In this document: piece after piece, positions 1 to 13,847 of the stretch
Layout of the letters: each line of letters starts with the position of its first letter
How positions within the stretch are numbered: position 1 is the stretch's first letter
Source: Eledone cirrhosa
Taxonomy: Eukaryota
Direction: 5' to 3'
DNA: 64,000 bases
NCBI GenBank assembly: GCA_964016885.1
Contig: OZ024745.1
Span: forward strand, 110,794,001 to 110,858,000
Translations under genes and position numbers: made by a program
The notes under the pieces: model-generated
The model's input: the letters and a program-made list of their open reading frames with translations, nothing else
Databases searched by the model: none
Told to the model about the DNA's origin: nothing

Positions 1-249
1 ACTTGTCAGAAGTCCATGTCAGGTTTTTAGTATGATTTAGTCCTTCTATGATCTGTGTTTTTTGGTTCAAGTACTCATATATACAACCTTCTCAGTGAAT
101 TGGTCCATTTTAAAAATTTTGTTTGAGCATTGAGTAAAGTTTTCCAAATTTCTGGGAAAGAGATTAGGTTTTATTTCATGTCTCTCTTCTAGACCATTGG
201 CTATCCTGACTATTATAATCTTCATGATATATGTTTGTATATATATATA

Positions 250-418
250 ACAAAGGGGATATGGTAAGATACCAGGTGGACCATAACGCACCAGAGTACT
301 CAATATTTAGGGTAGGAGAGTGCGTAATATGAAAAGAGTTAGGATCCCGACGGCTGAGTTCGGATTTAGCTGTCGAAACAGCCGGAGCTCAGCCATCGGG
401 GCCCTGACTCTATTCATA
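250..418 (-). mobile_element. Short Penelope-like pLTR relic with imperfect fold-back hairpin (copy 1)
   Basis: Flanked by (TA)n. Shares ccaggtggaccataacgcacca.agtactcaata with 9107-9296. Arms at about 327-361 and 385-419 are reverse complements. Contains gtcGAAACagccgGAGCTCagccatc. The Penelope assignment is inferred. Confidence 0.6.
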
Positions 419-478
419 TATATATGTATATACGCGTGTGTGTGTGCATGTGTATGTAATTATGTGTCTGTGTGTGTG

Positions 479-525
479 TTGTCGTCATATCCACTTCTTC
501 CATTTTTGCACGGGTTGGACAAGTT
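479..525 (-). mobile_element. SINE 3' tail fragment
   Basis: tccacttcttccatttttgcacgggttggac resembles tails at about 28790, 31880 and 48420. Confidence 0.45.
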
Positions 526-2501
526 TATATAATAAGTTTGATATAAAGACAGTGCATTATTTATTGCATTATTTATAATGTTACTGCATTGATTATGCCA
601 TGACTTAGATAACAGTCATAACTAATAAACCATGTTAAATGATTAGTTATATTATTATTATATTACCAATAAGGTACAAATTGCTTTGTAATTTTTAGTT
701 TGAAAATAACATGAATGATTTGATATCCTTTCTGGAAGAAAATTTATAGTGTATGCTATATTAATGGAATACTGTTAGATGTGTAAGTTCACTAATTCAT
801 TTATATGATGATGATGATGATGAGTAAAATCTAAATAATTAAACAATCAACGAAGGTTTTTACCTCTATATTTGATAACCCCAAAATAACTAAGATCTCC
901 ATATTGATATCTAATGAAAGGTTTATTGAATGAGTAAAATATTTTTGATAATGTATTGTTTTTAAAAGTACATGCTGCTAAAACCAGTTTCAGCAAAATT
1001 ATTTATTGCAATATATCATCGTCGTCATCATCATCATTATTATTATTTCCTGATTGCAGTTTTTCTTCTCTAGTTGTGCATGATTTCATTCTAAAGCACT
1101 CTCTCTGAATGTATTTTGATGAATATTTCATGATGTGGTATTTGAATTAAATCTTGTTTTGTTATGATGTCCTGATGGACTCTTGTGCACTGGGGCCTAA
1201 CAGCTCTTAAACAAGGCTGTATTCACAAGTTATTTCATTCTCTTTCTCTCTCATAGACACACTGTCTATCTCTGTCTCACACACACACTCCCTCTGTCTC
1301 ACACACACACACTCTCTCCCTCTCTTGTAAAACCAGCCATTTGTCACTGAACACATTGTCAAGGTGTGATCTGCCCATCAATCCTTTTAAATATAGTTAA
1401 TAATAAGTCTCTTGCGTGTATCAGGTAGTTGTCATTTCAGTTCAACTCAGTACACAATGTAAAATTCATGATATTACCCACAATTGATTATTTAGAATTG
1501 CTACAAAATTACATGTCTTTTTTTTTTTTATGTTTTTAATATTTTTGTGTCTTTGATGTATTCAGTTTTTAAACAAATGTATTTCCATTAGTAAACTAAA
1601 AGTTTCCCTTTGAAAGTTACATATACACTTTATTTCAGATAATATACTGCATTTAAAAAAAAAAAAACTTGAGTGCAATTTAAATATTCAATTTTCTTAA
1701 TTAGTATCCCAGAAAGTTTATTTTGAAGGCTTATATATTCATTATCCTTCATACGGGTCTCAATATTTTGAAACAATTTATCTAGTTGAATTTTGAAATC
1801 CATTAATGTATTTGCAATAGATAGAATGTATTAACATATTTTTATTTTATGATTTATGAAGCTTTGGTTTATACTTTACTTTCCTCAGGGAAAAATGGAG
1901 AAAATTAAGGTGCATGTATTGATTTACTTTCAAATATTTTTCAATTTGTTTGTAAATTGCTATATGTTCCTTAATTTGCCACACTTAGTTTAGAAAATTC
2001 AAATCTAGAATGTTTTGTTAATTTAGGGGATGGGATGCATAAAAATTGCATGGTCAGTGTTTGTATATCCTTATAGTTGGGATATATTTCTGGTTAGATA
2101 TTAGAAATTATTTAGTATTGCTGCTTTGCTCCCAAATCCTACAAAGATTTTCAATGTTTTCTATTGCTGTAGTTGCAAAATTAGTTACAAATAGACAACA
2201 AAAAAATAAAAGAAATAATTTTATAGGAGGATGTGTTTCATAGCTTTAAAAATACAATTTTTTTATGGATTGCATAAGTTAGATGGTTTATTTGTTGTTT
2301 TGACAGTTGAATTCCCCTAAGAGTAAAACCTTTTTATTAACATTCAGACAAATGGAGTAAATTGAGTTAGGATCTGAATTGAAGATGATGGGGTTAGTTA
2401 ACTAGGTTTTTAATCTCTAAATACTTATGCCTCATTTTGTATCCCAAATTCTAAATTTTTTTACTAAAAGTAACTTCCCATATATTTTCCCCGCTGCAAT
2501 T

Positions 2502-2718
2502 CATTTAAACCGGCTGTATCTGGCCAGAATTCTCTCACCTCCTTCTGTTCAAACTGGCCATAACCGGCCCCTCATACTGATGTTAATGTATTGTTCTCAA
2601 AATATATAATATCAAAATCTCATAGATTCGATATTATCTGAGATATTTATGTGAAATAAAGCCTTCACCATGAAAATACAATAATAAATATAGAGTAATG
2701 TAAATACTAAAGGATTAA
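2502..2718 (+). mobile_element. piggyBac-type MITE family B, one end truncated
   Basis: Reverse-complement homologue of 39686-39910. Ends taaatactaaaggaTTAA. Confidence 0.75.
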
Positions 2719-5700
2719 ACCTACTTTTAAACTAAGATTTGCCACAAAACTTATATTTTCTTATGTATAACCTTTATTAATTTAATATAGAAACAAGATA
2801 AAAAGCAGTTGTCTTGAAGTTATCAAAGCACATTTAAAACAGTTTTGTATAAGTTTCATTTTTTTAATTTTTAATATACATTTTGTGCTCTGATTTAGAT
2901 TCAATAAAAAAAATATATCCTTTCTGATACTTATCTTTTTATTAACATCCAACTCACTTGGAATTAACTCATATTTCATTTTAGTTGCTTCAACATCTTG
3001 TCTGGTTTTCATTATTTATCACCAATCTAAAAGTTTCTTCACCCAGTTTTCATATCATATTTTGAGTTACATATTTTAAAAACATCTGATATTCATCTGG
3101 TTATGCTTTCTTTTTAGTTTTTATTACTTTTTAAAACTTTAAAAAAAATTAATCACTTTTATAGAATTACATTGCATTATCACAATATACCTGCAATAGC
3201 CAGTTTCATATCTTTGTAATGTAATGGTGATATTAGGTTTGCTTTGTACATTGAACAACACTAATAGACTAAATTTGTTTTTGTTATTTTCAAATAATTC
3301 CACCGATATGATTCATGTGTTATGAACATATAAATCACGACTTCTATTCATTCCCTTTTTTATGAATGCATACCTGTGTACACATACTCACACACACACA
3401 TATATACTCATATACAACAGACAAGCATATTTTGTTTGAATAGCTTATATCTGTATGATAAGCTTACTTACTATGTCCTTCAAGTGTATTTTTGTCTTTG
3501 GCACTATTATTGTTTCTTATCTTGATGGCTACTACACAAAGATTGAAGCTAAAACAGCCGGAATTGCTTAAACTCTTTCAGGGTGACTAGTCTTTTATTT
3601 ATTTCTTCAGAATTCATATTTTATTTCTGAACTTAAAGATAGGACCTTTCTTATTCTAGTCACTAATCTTTTTTATTTTTTGTATTTTATTCCCCCCCCC
3701 CCCCTTTTTTTTTCAACTTGACCTTTTTCTGTTTTGTAAATGAGAAGACATACTGTCTATTATCTTCCTTCATTATTTTTCTCTGGATTTACCTTATCAT
3801 GCAGATAAGAATATCAAACTTAAGCCAGCTGTTACTACCAGCAATATTGAAACCTTCTGTTTACTAATGTTACAAACAGAAATTATTTTTCTTCAAGACG
3901 TTTTTAAGTTACTTAAGACAGCTTCTGTCAACCCAAAATATTAGCAACTAATTGGATTTCCTGCTACTTTTAGATAAATTTTCAAATATTTTACATTTTT
4001 CGTGGGTATAAAATCATTGACCTTGTATGTATAAGAAACATAAGTTCATTTCAAAATATAAGGCTTGGGATGAATAAGTTTTTTTGTTTTTTTTTAATAA
4101 ATTATTGGTAAGTTTCTTTATTCATGATGCAGAAGGGCAGTCAGTATCTATAAGTTATTTTACAGCCCCCAAGAATAAGGGATTCAAAGGATTTGATAAC
4201 TTTAGTCCAATTAATGTTTAATCCTATTAATGTTTTATTTGAATAATTGATAGAGAGTACACATGGGCAGAGAAATGCATCTGCAAAGAAATTACTGATA
4301 CAAATATACTACAAGTATTTTAAAGCTAAAGAAAGTTGCAATCAGTCCTTAGTTATTTACGTTTTCCCTGTAATAATAGTATCTTTTTGTTATTAGTTTC
4401 TTTTCTGGAGGTGAATCATAAAAGAAAAATGTAATCATTAAAATGAATCTCTAAAATTATTGACAAATTGATTAAATCTGTGGGTTTAAAAAAAAAAAAA
4501 ATCAAAAACAGATTTATTGCTTAAAAAGATTTATGCAAATTTTATTCAATTTTCTTTGATTTTGTTTTGATATCTCTCTTTAGAAAGATATTTGGAGACA
4601 GAAAGGGGAGAGTAAAGAAAGAATTATGAAAATCCAATGCATTGTTATCCAGATTCTTGTCACTGCTGCTTTAAAAATGAGTAGGCGTTGCTATTACTCA
4701 GTTATGTAGCCTGATAAAGGCAAGAATTTGTTTTTAGCTGTTTACTGCATTTACTGTCATTTCAACATTTGCTCATCTTACTCTCTGTCTGTCCTGTCAG
4801 TTTGGATTTTGAACTTAATCAATAATGGTATAAATATAAGTCAATGCTTAAAACATTAAAGAAGTGATTTCAGTAGGCTTTGTTGGTGGTGTTATTTGAG
4901 TAATTCTGTGTTATCTAGTTGACAAATACATCCTACATGACTATCCTGTTGTATAAATAACAATGGTTTTAAAGAGAAACAAACAAATAGAAATATTACT
5001 AAAATACCAGAGTAATCTTGGCATGGAAATTATAGGCGTCAAAACTGATTGGAATTCATATCTATTTCAGTATTTGATTTGTGAAGCAAGATGAAATACA
5101 TATTTATCTAATTCTTTCTTTTCTCTTTTCTTTTTTTTTTTAATCCTATGATTGATTGGAAAGCATCTCTTGCTTAGTTATGTTACGTAAATTTTGCTAG
5201 AAAAAGTTCTACATTTTTTTTTTATTGTTAAGAAATAGGGGACCTGAAAGGAAGCAACAGTTTTCTAAAAGCTTACTTAGTGATTATTCTCTTTTATAAT
5301 GACTCTTTTAGGAATGAAGAGAAAATATATTCTTTTCTCCATTACTTATTTCTTCACAGTAAAGAGTAACAGCAGAGAAACAATTTGTGCAGGAATGTTT
5401 TTCCCTATCATTGCTAGCAGCCAAGAATAGAATGTACTGCCTAGGAGAAAAAGAAAAATATGTATAAAAAAAAAATATATATAGTAGTTGTTGTTGTTAG
5501 TGGTGGGGAAGATACTTTTTCAATGAAAATGTCACTACTTTTTAAGGCCATAATCATTTTAATTTAATTTTTTTTTAAATGTAAAAATGTGTATATATAT
5601 TTTTATTACAGAAATAAGAAAATAAATTTGGGTCCTATCATGCAAAAAATATTATCTAGAAGGCCATCAGAGTTCTGCAACAAATTCAATTTCATTTAAA

Positions 5701-8700
5701 ATCAATAGTCTATTTCTACAATCTTGCCTTTAGCTCCTTCTTCCTCCCTATATTATTGACTCATTTTGCTGTCACCATGAAACACGCTGTTCATCAAACA
5801 ATATCTGAACTTATCTCATTGAAGCTTTATATATACTACTCATACATAATACAACAGTATTTAAATCCTATGGATGTAAATGTTGAGAATAAACTCTCTA
5901 TTCCTTTCCTTATCAGTGTATATGTAAATAGAACTCAGATGATTGAGTTGATGCCATAACTGACATTCAGCCAAGTAGTTATTAGTTTATATCCTGATAC
6001 TATAACTCTGTTGAAGCCATACAAGTTATTAAGAATTGTATGATTACTAATATCAATACATCATATTAACTCTTAACATCCTGTAATGAGTTAGGAGAAA
6101 TGTTTGTTACTTCAAATATTTATAGTATATTTGCTATTGAACAGAAACTTATTGTGGAAATTCACAATATTTAAGTAAGGACTTGAATTTTTAATGTGAT
6201 ACAGCCATAATACTGTTAGTAATTTTTAAGAATGCTTTACTAATGCAGCTTTATGTGTGACAGGACATTAAGAGTTGCTGTATTATATTGTCATTTTACC
6301 AAATGATCTCATAATCATTTTCTCTTCAGTTTACAAAACAAACAAACTAATTTTAAAAAAATATGTTGTAATAATGTTATTATGAGGTTAAAATGCCAGA
6401 TTACTACATGCAAGGGATAAAATCGAACATCCTTCTTCCACTGAGTTACTTCAGCCTCCAACTGGGCACATGCTCTCCCACTTAGCATCAACACCTGTAG
6501 TTATACTTCAAAGAAAGTTATTAATTAACCATATACAAATATAAATACATAAGCTTATTGCTATCAAATTAAGTTTATGTCTGCTTCTCATTAATTGAAT
6601 AAAAAAAAAAGAATTTCCTACCTCAAAGTTTCTCAGTTTTAAATTTGTTCTGTTGTAATTGCCAACGCTTGTCTATCAATCATGCCTGAATACCTATGTG
6701 CTTCTGTCAACCCTTGACTACTTTGTTTTATTTTATATTAAATTATTTAGTCAAAGGAAGGGGTAACGCATTTGATCTTTGGATGTCTACCCACCCACAC
6801 TATTGATATCAATGTAACTGATATTCAGTTTGAATACCTTTGGGTTTAATGTGGGTAGGGAGCATATTCAAGATACCTGTAGTTTTCGGAGGTAGATTTT
6901 TTAAATTTGGTGTTTGAACAATGAGATACAAGAAGGATTATAGTGTAGGCAATAAAGGTAAGCACTTTAAGTCAGAGGATAAGTAACCATTGTATTAGTG
7001 CCAGATGAGGAATAAAGAAAAATACACTGCATATTTGAGCCAGTGATGGTAGTGTGTTTGATAATTAACTAGATGGGCTTCTTATAATTGTTTTTTTATG
7101 TTTGTTTGTTTAGCAGCAATGCCATCTTAGATATATATCTAAGTCTAAAGTCTGTCTTAAGTCCAACACCCATACCACTAGGCCATGCACCTCCACATAG
7201 ATATATATGCAGTATTTTTAATCTTTTGAGGAGGAGAGATAATAAAACAACTGTACCCGACCTTTTACTAATTGTAGCTTTGTGTCGATAATAGAAATCT
7301 ATTATCATCACAGATGTATTACCAAAAAACTGGATGTTAAGATTCTTTTGTGCTCTATTCCTGACAATCACATCTATTAATTTCTTCAAAGCCTTCATTT
7401 AACTGAATGCAATTAGGCCTTATAGCTAAGCTATTACCATGCATTTGTATATTTTAAATTATTATTAATCATGAACCTGTGAGTGTATGCAGAACTGTTG
7501 ACACACATATGCTGCGACTGTATTCACACAAAAAAAGTCTGAAAAATCTTATTGATTGAGTCTTGTCTTTACTGGTAATCATTTAAAACTTCTATCATTA
7601 ACCATGTTTGGAATGATTTTTATTAATCAATAGTTTACACTTTTTAGACCAGTCAAGTGAATGAAATTATCAATTATTTATTCCTTACACACTATGTCAA
7701 AGAATGCTGGGCAAAGCAATTGCTTTGTGATGTTTATTTGAAAAATACATAATTGTTTAATCAAATGGATATTCTTATAAAGAGTTACATTTTAGGTAAC
7801 TTCATGATTGTTTTATTAGATCTTGTAATGAAATCAATTGCTAAGGATAATAAATTTCCTTGTAAGTTATAATTTTAAATGATCAATATTTAAATTTTGT
7901 TTTCCACTGATTTGTTTGACACATATGAGATTAGGGCTTCAAATAAACTCACCATTGATATGCTGTTGATTTCAAATTTGTTGTTGTCAAGTTATGATTG
8001 CCTTAATAAAAAGCATATCACTCTAACTACTAGCTTTTATTTTAATTTTCTTTTCTCTCCTCTGCTATAATTTCAAGGAAAACCAATCAAGCATAAACTG
8101 TCTACTAATCCCTTATTTAAAAATGAATCAATGTTTCTTATTATTAAATATTTATGTTATTTATAATTGGAGACCCCAAGTTCTAAAAGTGCTTAAGTCA
8201 CATGAAAATCAATGTGACTTAAGGTCTTCATTGATAGTATCCATTACAGATGATGTTTTCTAATGCATAAAGAAAGCTTTTGATTAGTTATCCAGTTCAG
8301 CATAAAGAGAGAAATCCTCCCCTCGATGTCAATGCCTCTACATATATGTTTTCATTTAATTTTATTGTTTTGTTTTACTGCTAATCAGTGGCATTATGTC
8401 AACAAAGACCACCTGTACTGAGGACTTTTGCTGTTATTATATCTTTAAAGTTGACTCTGAGAAATAATCAAACCAAAGTGACAGTAATCTTTGACAAGAT
8501 TAGTGTCACCATTTTTCAAAGTGGGCTGTCTTTATGTCAATCTAGATAATTCTCAGGAACCCACATATATTCTCATTACTGATTAAAGGTTTCCAGAAAG
8601 TATTTATTTATCTATTGTTTTAGTTAGTACTCTTATCTATCAGATTATGTGATGATAAAAAATATCTACCTGTCACCACAAATTTTCCTCTTAAATCAGT

Positions 8701-8714
8701 GAATCATATATTCG

Positions 8715-9320
<606 letters not shown>

Positions 9321-9328
<8 letters not shown>

Positions 9329-9478
9329 ATAAGTTTGGTGGAAATATCCAAGGGTAAGAGTACTCAGTCTATAGGACGAGGTTGTTACAACAGTGACATA
9401 TACAGGTACTTAAGTTTCATTGGGTTATACACCCAAACTCCTTCACCCTGTTATGTAAAGAAAGATGACTTACCATAT
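9321..9478 (-). mobile_element. Penelope-like pLTR relic with degenerate minimal type I hammerhead topology
   Basis: (TA)n on both sides. The minus strand of 9402-9451 reads acagg-gtgaagga-gt-ttgggt-gtata-acccaa-t-GAAAC-ttaa-GTA-cctgt: stem I acagg/cctgt, stem II, and a palindromic ACTTAAGT stem III. The CUGANGA box is mutated. Confidence 0.55.
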
Positions 9479-10294
9479 TTATATATATATATATATATAT
9501 GAGAGAGACAGAGCATAAATCTGAGAATAACAGTAATAATCTTGTTAGAATTTAACTGATACATTTAGATCATCATTAATGATCATCATTTCATAAGTGA
9601 AATATGTTGTCCAATAAAGAGTTTTTGGGCAATATCCTTCACAACTAAATACTATTTTGTGACAAAGAATTGCAGTTAATTATTATGTCTCCATATCCCT
9701 TCATAGGGATATCAATATATCATAACCATATATCAGCAATGTTAATGCTATTTCAGATCTATTTTGAGATAATAGTTTAGTAAACTAATTACTCTTGTCT
9801 TTATTTAAATATTTGAAATGCTTAATATAATTTTACAATGGAAAAACATTGAATATTATTTATTAATTCCAGATACATAACAAACATTTCATTCAAAAAT
9901 AGTCAGTTAATTGTTGTTTTAATTACTAAAGGTAGTATTTACAGTATTTTGATATATAAATATATGTATAAGCAAATTTACTGAACTGGTTACATTAAAT
10001 CTATAAAATTTACTTAATATGTTTTCTAATTTTTTTTTCAATCATTTCCTTTTTCTTTCATATTTTTATCAAAACAGCAATTAGTTTTATTATTTAGCAT
10101 CGCATAAATATAACACTATCTCTCTTTTTCTCTCTCTTCCTCTCTTCTATCTTCTTAACCTCTTGAGGTTACTTTTATCTCTTAGTCTCTTATTTGTTTC
10201 TGAGATTATTATTTCATCTATTAATATTAGTCTCACAAATATATTGAGTTGAATAAAACAATATACTGTCTCTCTCTTAGAGTATTTGATTTTA

Positions 10295-10510
10295 GCTTTT
10301 TGAGTTCAAATCCCACCAGTGGCAATTTTATTTTTCAACCCTCTGGGTTCAATGGAATAAGCACCAATTTGGGAGAAGGGCAAGGTATTTTGTTTTATTA
10401 ACCCTGGAAGGATGAAAGGTTGACCCTAGCAAGATTTGAACTCAGAATATAAAAAGCCAGAAGAAATGTCACAATGGCATTTCATCCAATACTCAATATA
10501 TTCTGGCAGC
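10295..10510. mobile_element. Two degenerate family A SINE fragments in inverted orientation
   Basis: tgagttcaaatcccacc... on + (about 10301), followed by ggaaggatgaaagg...atttgaactcaga on - (about 10405-10445). Confidence 0.6.
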
Positions 10511-10712
10511 CCTCTATGCTACATGTTGTCTATCAATATTAAACAACATTGCAATCAACCTTCTTGCACACATTTGATTAATTTGTGTACAACATTTCAT
10601 CTAAAGTAATGGTGGCACATCCAAAGGATCACAGTAAGCGTTTACTTAACCAACATCTTTCAAACTCCCCCATTCATCATCTCTCATATTACATTATTAT
10701 AGAACATCATAG

Positions 10713-10898
10713 GGCGGTGGATTGGCATATCGGTAGAGGGTCGGATGCCATGCTTTGCAACAAAGAGTTACGGTCCTTTATGGTCTGAGTTCAAATCCCG
10801 CCAAGGTTAACTTTGCCTTTCATCCTTACGAAGTCGATAAAATAAAGTACCAGTAATGCACTGGGATAATTGCTGGCCTTGTGCCAAAAGTAGAAATA
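10713..10898 (+). mobile_element. tRNA-derived SINE family A with about 20-bp target-site duplication
   Basis: Box A-like tggcatatcgg, box B gagttcaaatcc, body ctttgcctttcatccttacgaagtcgataaaataaagtaccag. Flanked by attattat(a/g)gaacatcatag at 10693-10712 and 10899-10918. Confidence 0.85.
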
Positions 10899-12412
10899 AT
10901 TATTATGGAACATCATAGTTCTTACACATGTCTCATTCAGGTCTGCCTCTTTGTACAGAGTCAAGATAAAATTAACCTATATTTGCTGAATATAACATGT
11001 ACTTTCCATGTATATATATGTGCATTAACATGTAATACACACATATACATTCACATCAATATGCAATCTCTAAATGTTAAAGTATTGTTATGTATTAATG
11101 TAATTATGGATTAATCTTTTAGAATAAAATTAATTGCCTAATTTTAGTGCATCATTTCCATCTTTCTTAATTACTTAAAGTAAACTGATTTGTCATTAGT
11201 GAAAGTGTCCCAAAATTTTAATCAGTCAATCTGAAAATTATTCCTAATTTTCTTCAATTGTCATTTACTTGCTAAAAAATATATTTGCACGCTAGAAATA
11301 CAATTTAAATGCTTAATTTTTATTTGATCTTTTCTTATTCAATATTAATTTATTTGTTGTAAGATTAAGTAAATTGCTTAGAACCAATTTCTTGAATGTA
11401 AGCAGGTAAAATGATAATATTTTATTGACAAAATACTACTTAAGACTGAAAGAACATAAAAATTACTTGATTTATTTCCAATATATGATTTAAGAAGGAA
11501 CTGTTGTAATGTGACTGTTTTAAGCCAATATCTAGTACAGTTATTAAGATAACATCTATAGATTATTAGTGTGGCATAGACACACATATACATGTGGGCA
11601 TGTGTACATATATTTACACATACACAAACTATTTTAATATAAAGTTGTGAGGATCCTGGTTACATGATAAATTTAAATTCTACTTCAGTATTGAGTACTC
11701 ATTCTCACATCCACCAATATCATATATATTATATATATATATATATTAACTAAAATCATTTAAGCTAATAGAGAGATAGCAACATCGAATCACCTATATC
11801 AGAATATGAACTTAAGAGCCTGGTATTTAGTTGATTCAGTTATACCACTGCAAAGCTAACACCTAACATTAATACATTCTAAGAAAAGAATGTATCTGAG
11901 TGTCAGATAGCAGTTTCTTGCAAGAAATTGGGTTAGATTTTTAACAAGACTGATTAAAAACGGCCATAGTAATTGTTGGTTATGGCCAATATATATATGA
12001 GCTGAATACTCCAAATATATATTAAAAGAAATTTATGGCTTAGGATGAAAATATATCTAGCTTAAGTGAGCAGCAGAAACAACAGTATTTTGCTAACACA
12101 GGAACAAGCTACTAGACACATTGAGTGGAATATCAACAGATAATATAATGGAGATGATAAATATCATTTATTTAGACAGTTTCCTGAAACAATATAACAT
12201 CTTCAGTGAAGGAGTCTCACACTAGACAATCCCAGTATAAGATATGCTTAGAGACATAATTTCAAAGCCAAAACCTGCAGTGCAACATATATATACATTG
12301 CCCACGTGTGTTTAGTTGCCTAATTTCTGCTGCTTAAATGGGAAGCTCTCTGGTAGTTTTACAAACTTAGAAAATGTTAATATTGTCCTCATTTTTTAAA
12401 ATTCACATTGAC

Positions 12413-13001
12413 TTATGTTACCATATCATGAAAGATACCCCTTGTAATTTTCAAACAAATTTGAAATTGATAAACATTTTGAAGGGCACATGGAGGCACA
12501 TGGCTTAGTGGTTAGAGCATTGGCCTTGCAATCGAAAGGTTGTGAGTTCAATTCTCAGACCGGGTGATGTGTTGTTTCCTTGAGCAAGACACTTTATTTC
12601 ACATTGCTCCAGTTTACTCAGCTGTAGAAATGAGATGATAGGGACTGGGGTCCCTATCATTCCACTGCAAAGTGGTCGTGGAGGTGCCACGGCAAAAAAA
12701 AGCACCCAGCACTCACTGTAAATGAGGTTGGTGTTAGGAAGGGCATCCAGCTGTAGAAATCAAGCCAAAATCAGTTCCCGTCCCACCCTTGCAAGCAGGG
12801 AAAAGTGGACGTAAAAATGAAATGAAATGAATGAAGGGATTTAATTATATTAACTAACTTTCACAATATTAAACTGGTATTTGGACCATAATTTAACAAA
12901 GGTTCTTACAGAAAATTATGATGGAAGGTTTTTAGATAAATATAAACATAAAAAAATATAAACAGGGGTAGTTTCAAACAGCTTAGTATCAAAGGGGTTA
13001 A
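12413..13001 (+). mobile_element. piggyBac-type MITE family A interrupted by a SINE
   Basis: Carries the family A motifs aaaattatgatggaaggtttttagataaatataaac and the end tatcaaaggggTTAA. The left part is degenerate. Confidence 0.65.
12491..12831 (+). mobile_element. Composite tRNA-derived SINE (family B head plus family C-type tail)
   Basis: Box A tggcttagtgg, box B gagttcaattc, ccttgagcaagacactttatttcac, then gaagggcatccagctgtagaaa...ggacgtaaaaatgaaatgaa. tgaaggg on both sides may be a TSD. Confidence 0.85.
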
Positions 13002-13179
13002 TTACTTGATATATGGTAATTCTAAGTGGCTATAATGCTGTGTCGAGGTGACTTCAAAAGTTAAGGAATAACACTAACTGATTTACTGAATTCAGTGTGT
13101 AAATATCTATGTAAAAAAATAATTATTATTAACCTTGTCATGCACATCATCAGTTCCCATTTTATCATCATTCGATTGA

Positions 13180-13330
13180 GAGCTGAATACCAATGTTAAA
13201 TTCTGTCTTTCAGAACTATTCTACATTTCTGTCTGAATGCAAGTGTGTATTTATTAACTGTGTACTGTATTATGTGAGCCCTGTGTGGCTAATAAAGAAA
13301 GCATTATTATTATTATCATTATTATTAATA
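13180..13330 (+). mobile_element. Probable LINE 3' end with (ATT)n tail
   Basis: gtgagccctgtgtggctAATAAAgaaagc(att)n. Confidence 0.45.
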
Positions 13331-13847
13331 TTACGTAATATCAATAAGGAGCCAAATTGCTAGCTCTAGGCTCATGTGTTCCGTTCCAGATGCAATTGAT
13401 GTGTTGTGTCCCTGAGCAAAGCATTTCAAACCTACTTATCTAAGTATTCATGCCTAATTAATAAATTAATATTAATTGTTATTATTATTATTACTATTAT
13501 TATCATTAGTGTGTGTGTGTGTGCATGTGTGTGTGTGTATGTGATCATGCATGTCCACGAATGTTGCTGATGTATGCTTGCCTGTTTGCCAAGCAACTGA
13601 GTTCAAATCTTACACTAAAACATGTTCAGCTTAAAAGGAATATCAGTTTTATTAGACTGCTGCCATGCTGGGGCACTGCCACAAAGAAATATTTTAGTCA
13701 TTCAATATTGACTACATATTTTATCCGAGCCTGGTATTTATTTTATCATTCGCTTTATCTCAAACTGCTGTTATGGAACATAAATGCAGACATGGACATG
13801 CACTCACTTGTATATGTGTGTGTATTTATGTATATATATATATTAAT

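Noticed and set aside
12491-12562. tRNA-like sequences (also at 44968 and 49099)
   Set aside because: These are SINE heads continuous with SINE bodies and have no intact cloverleaf.
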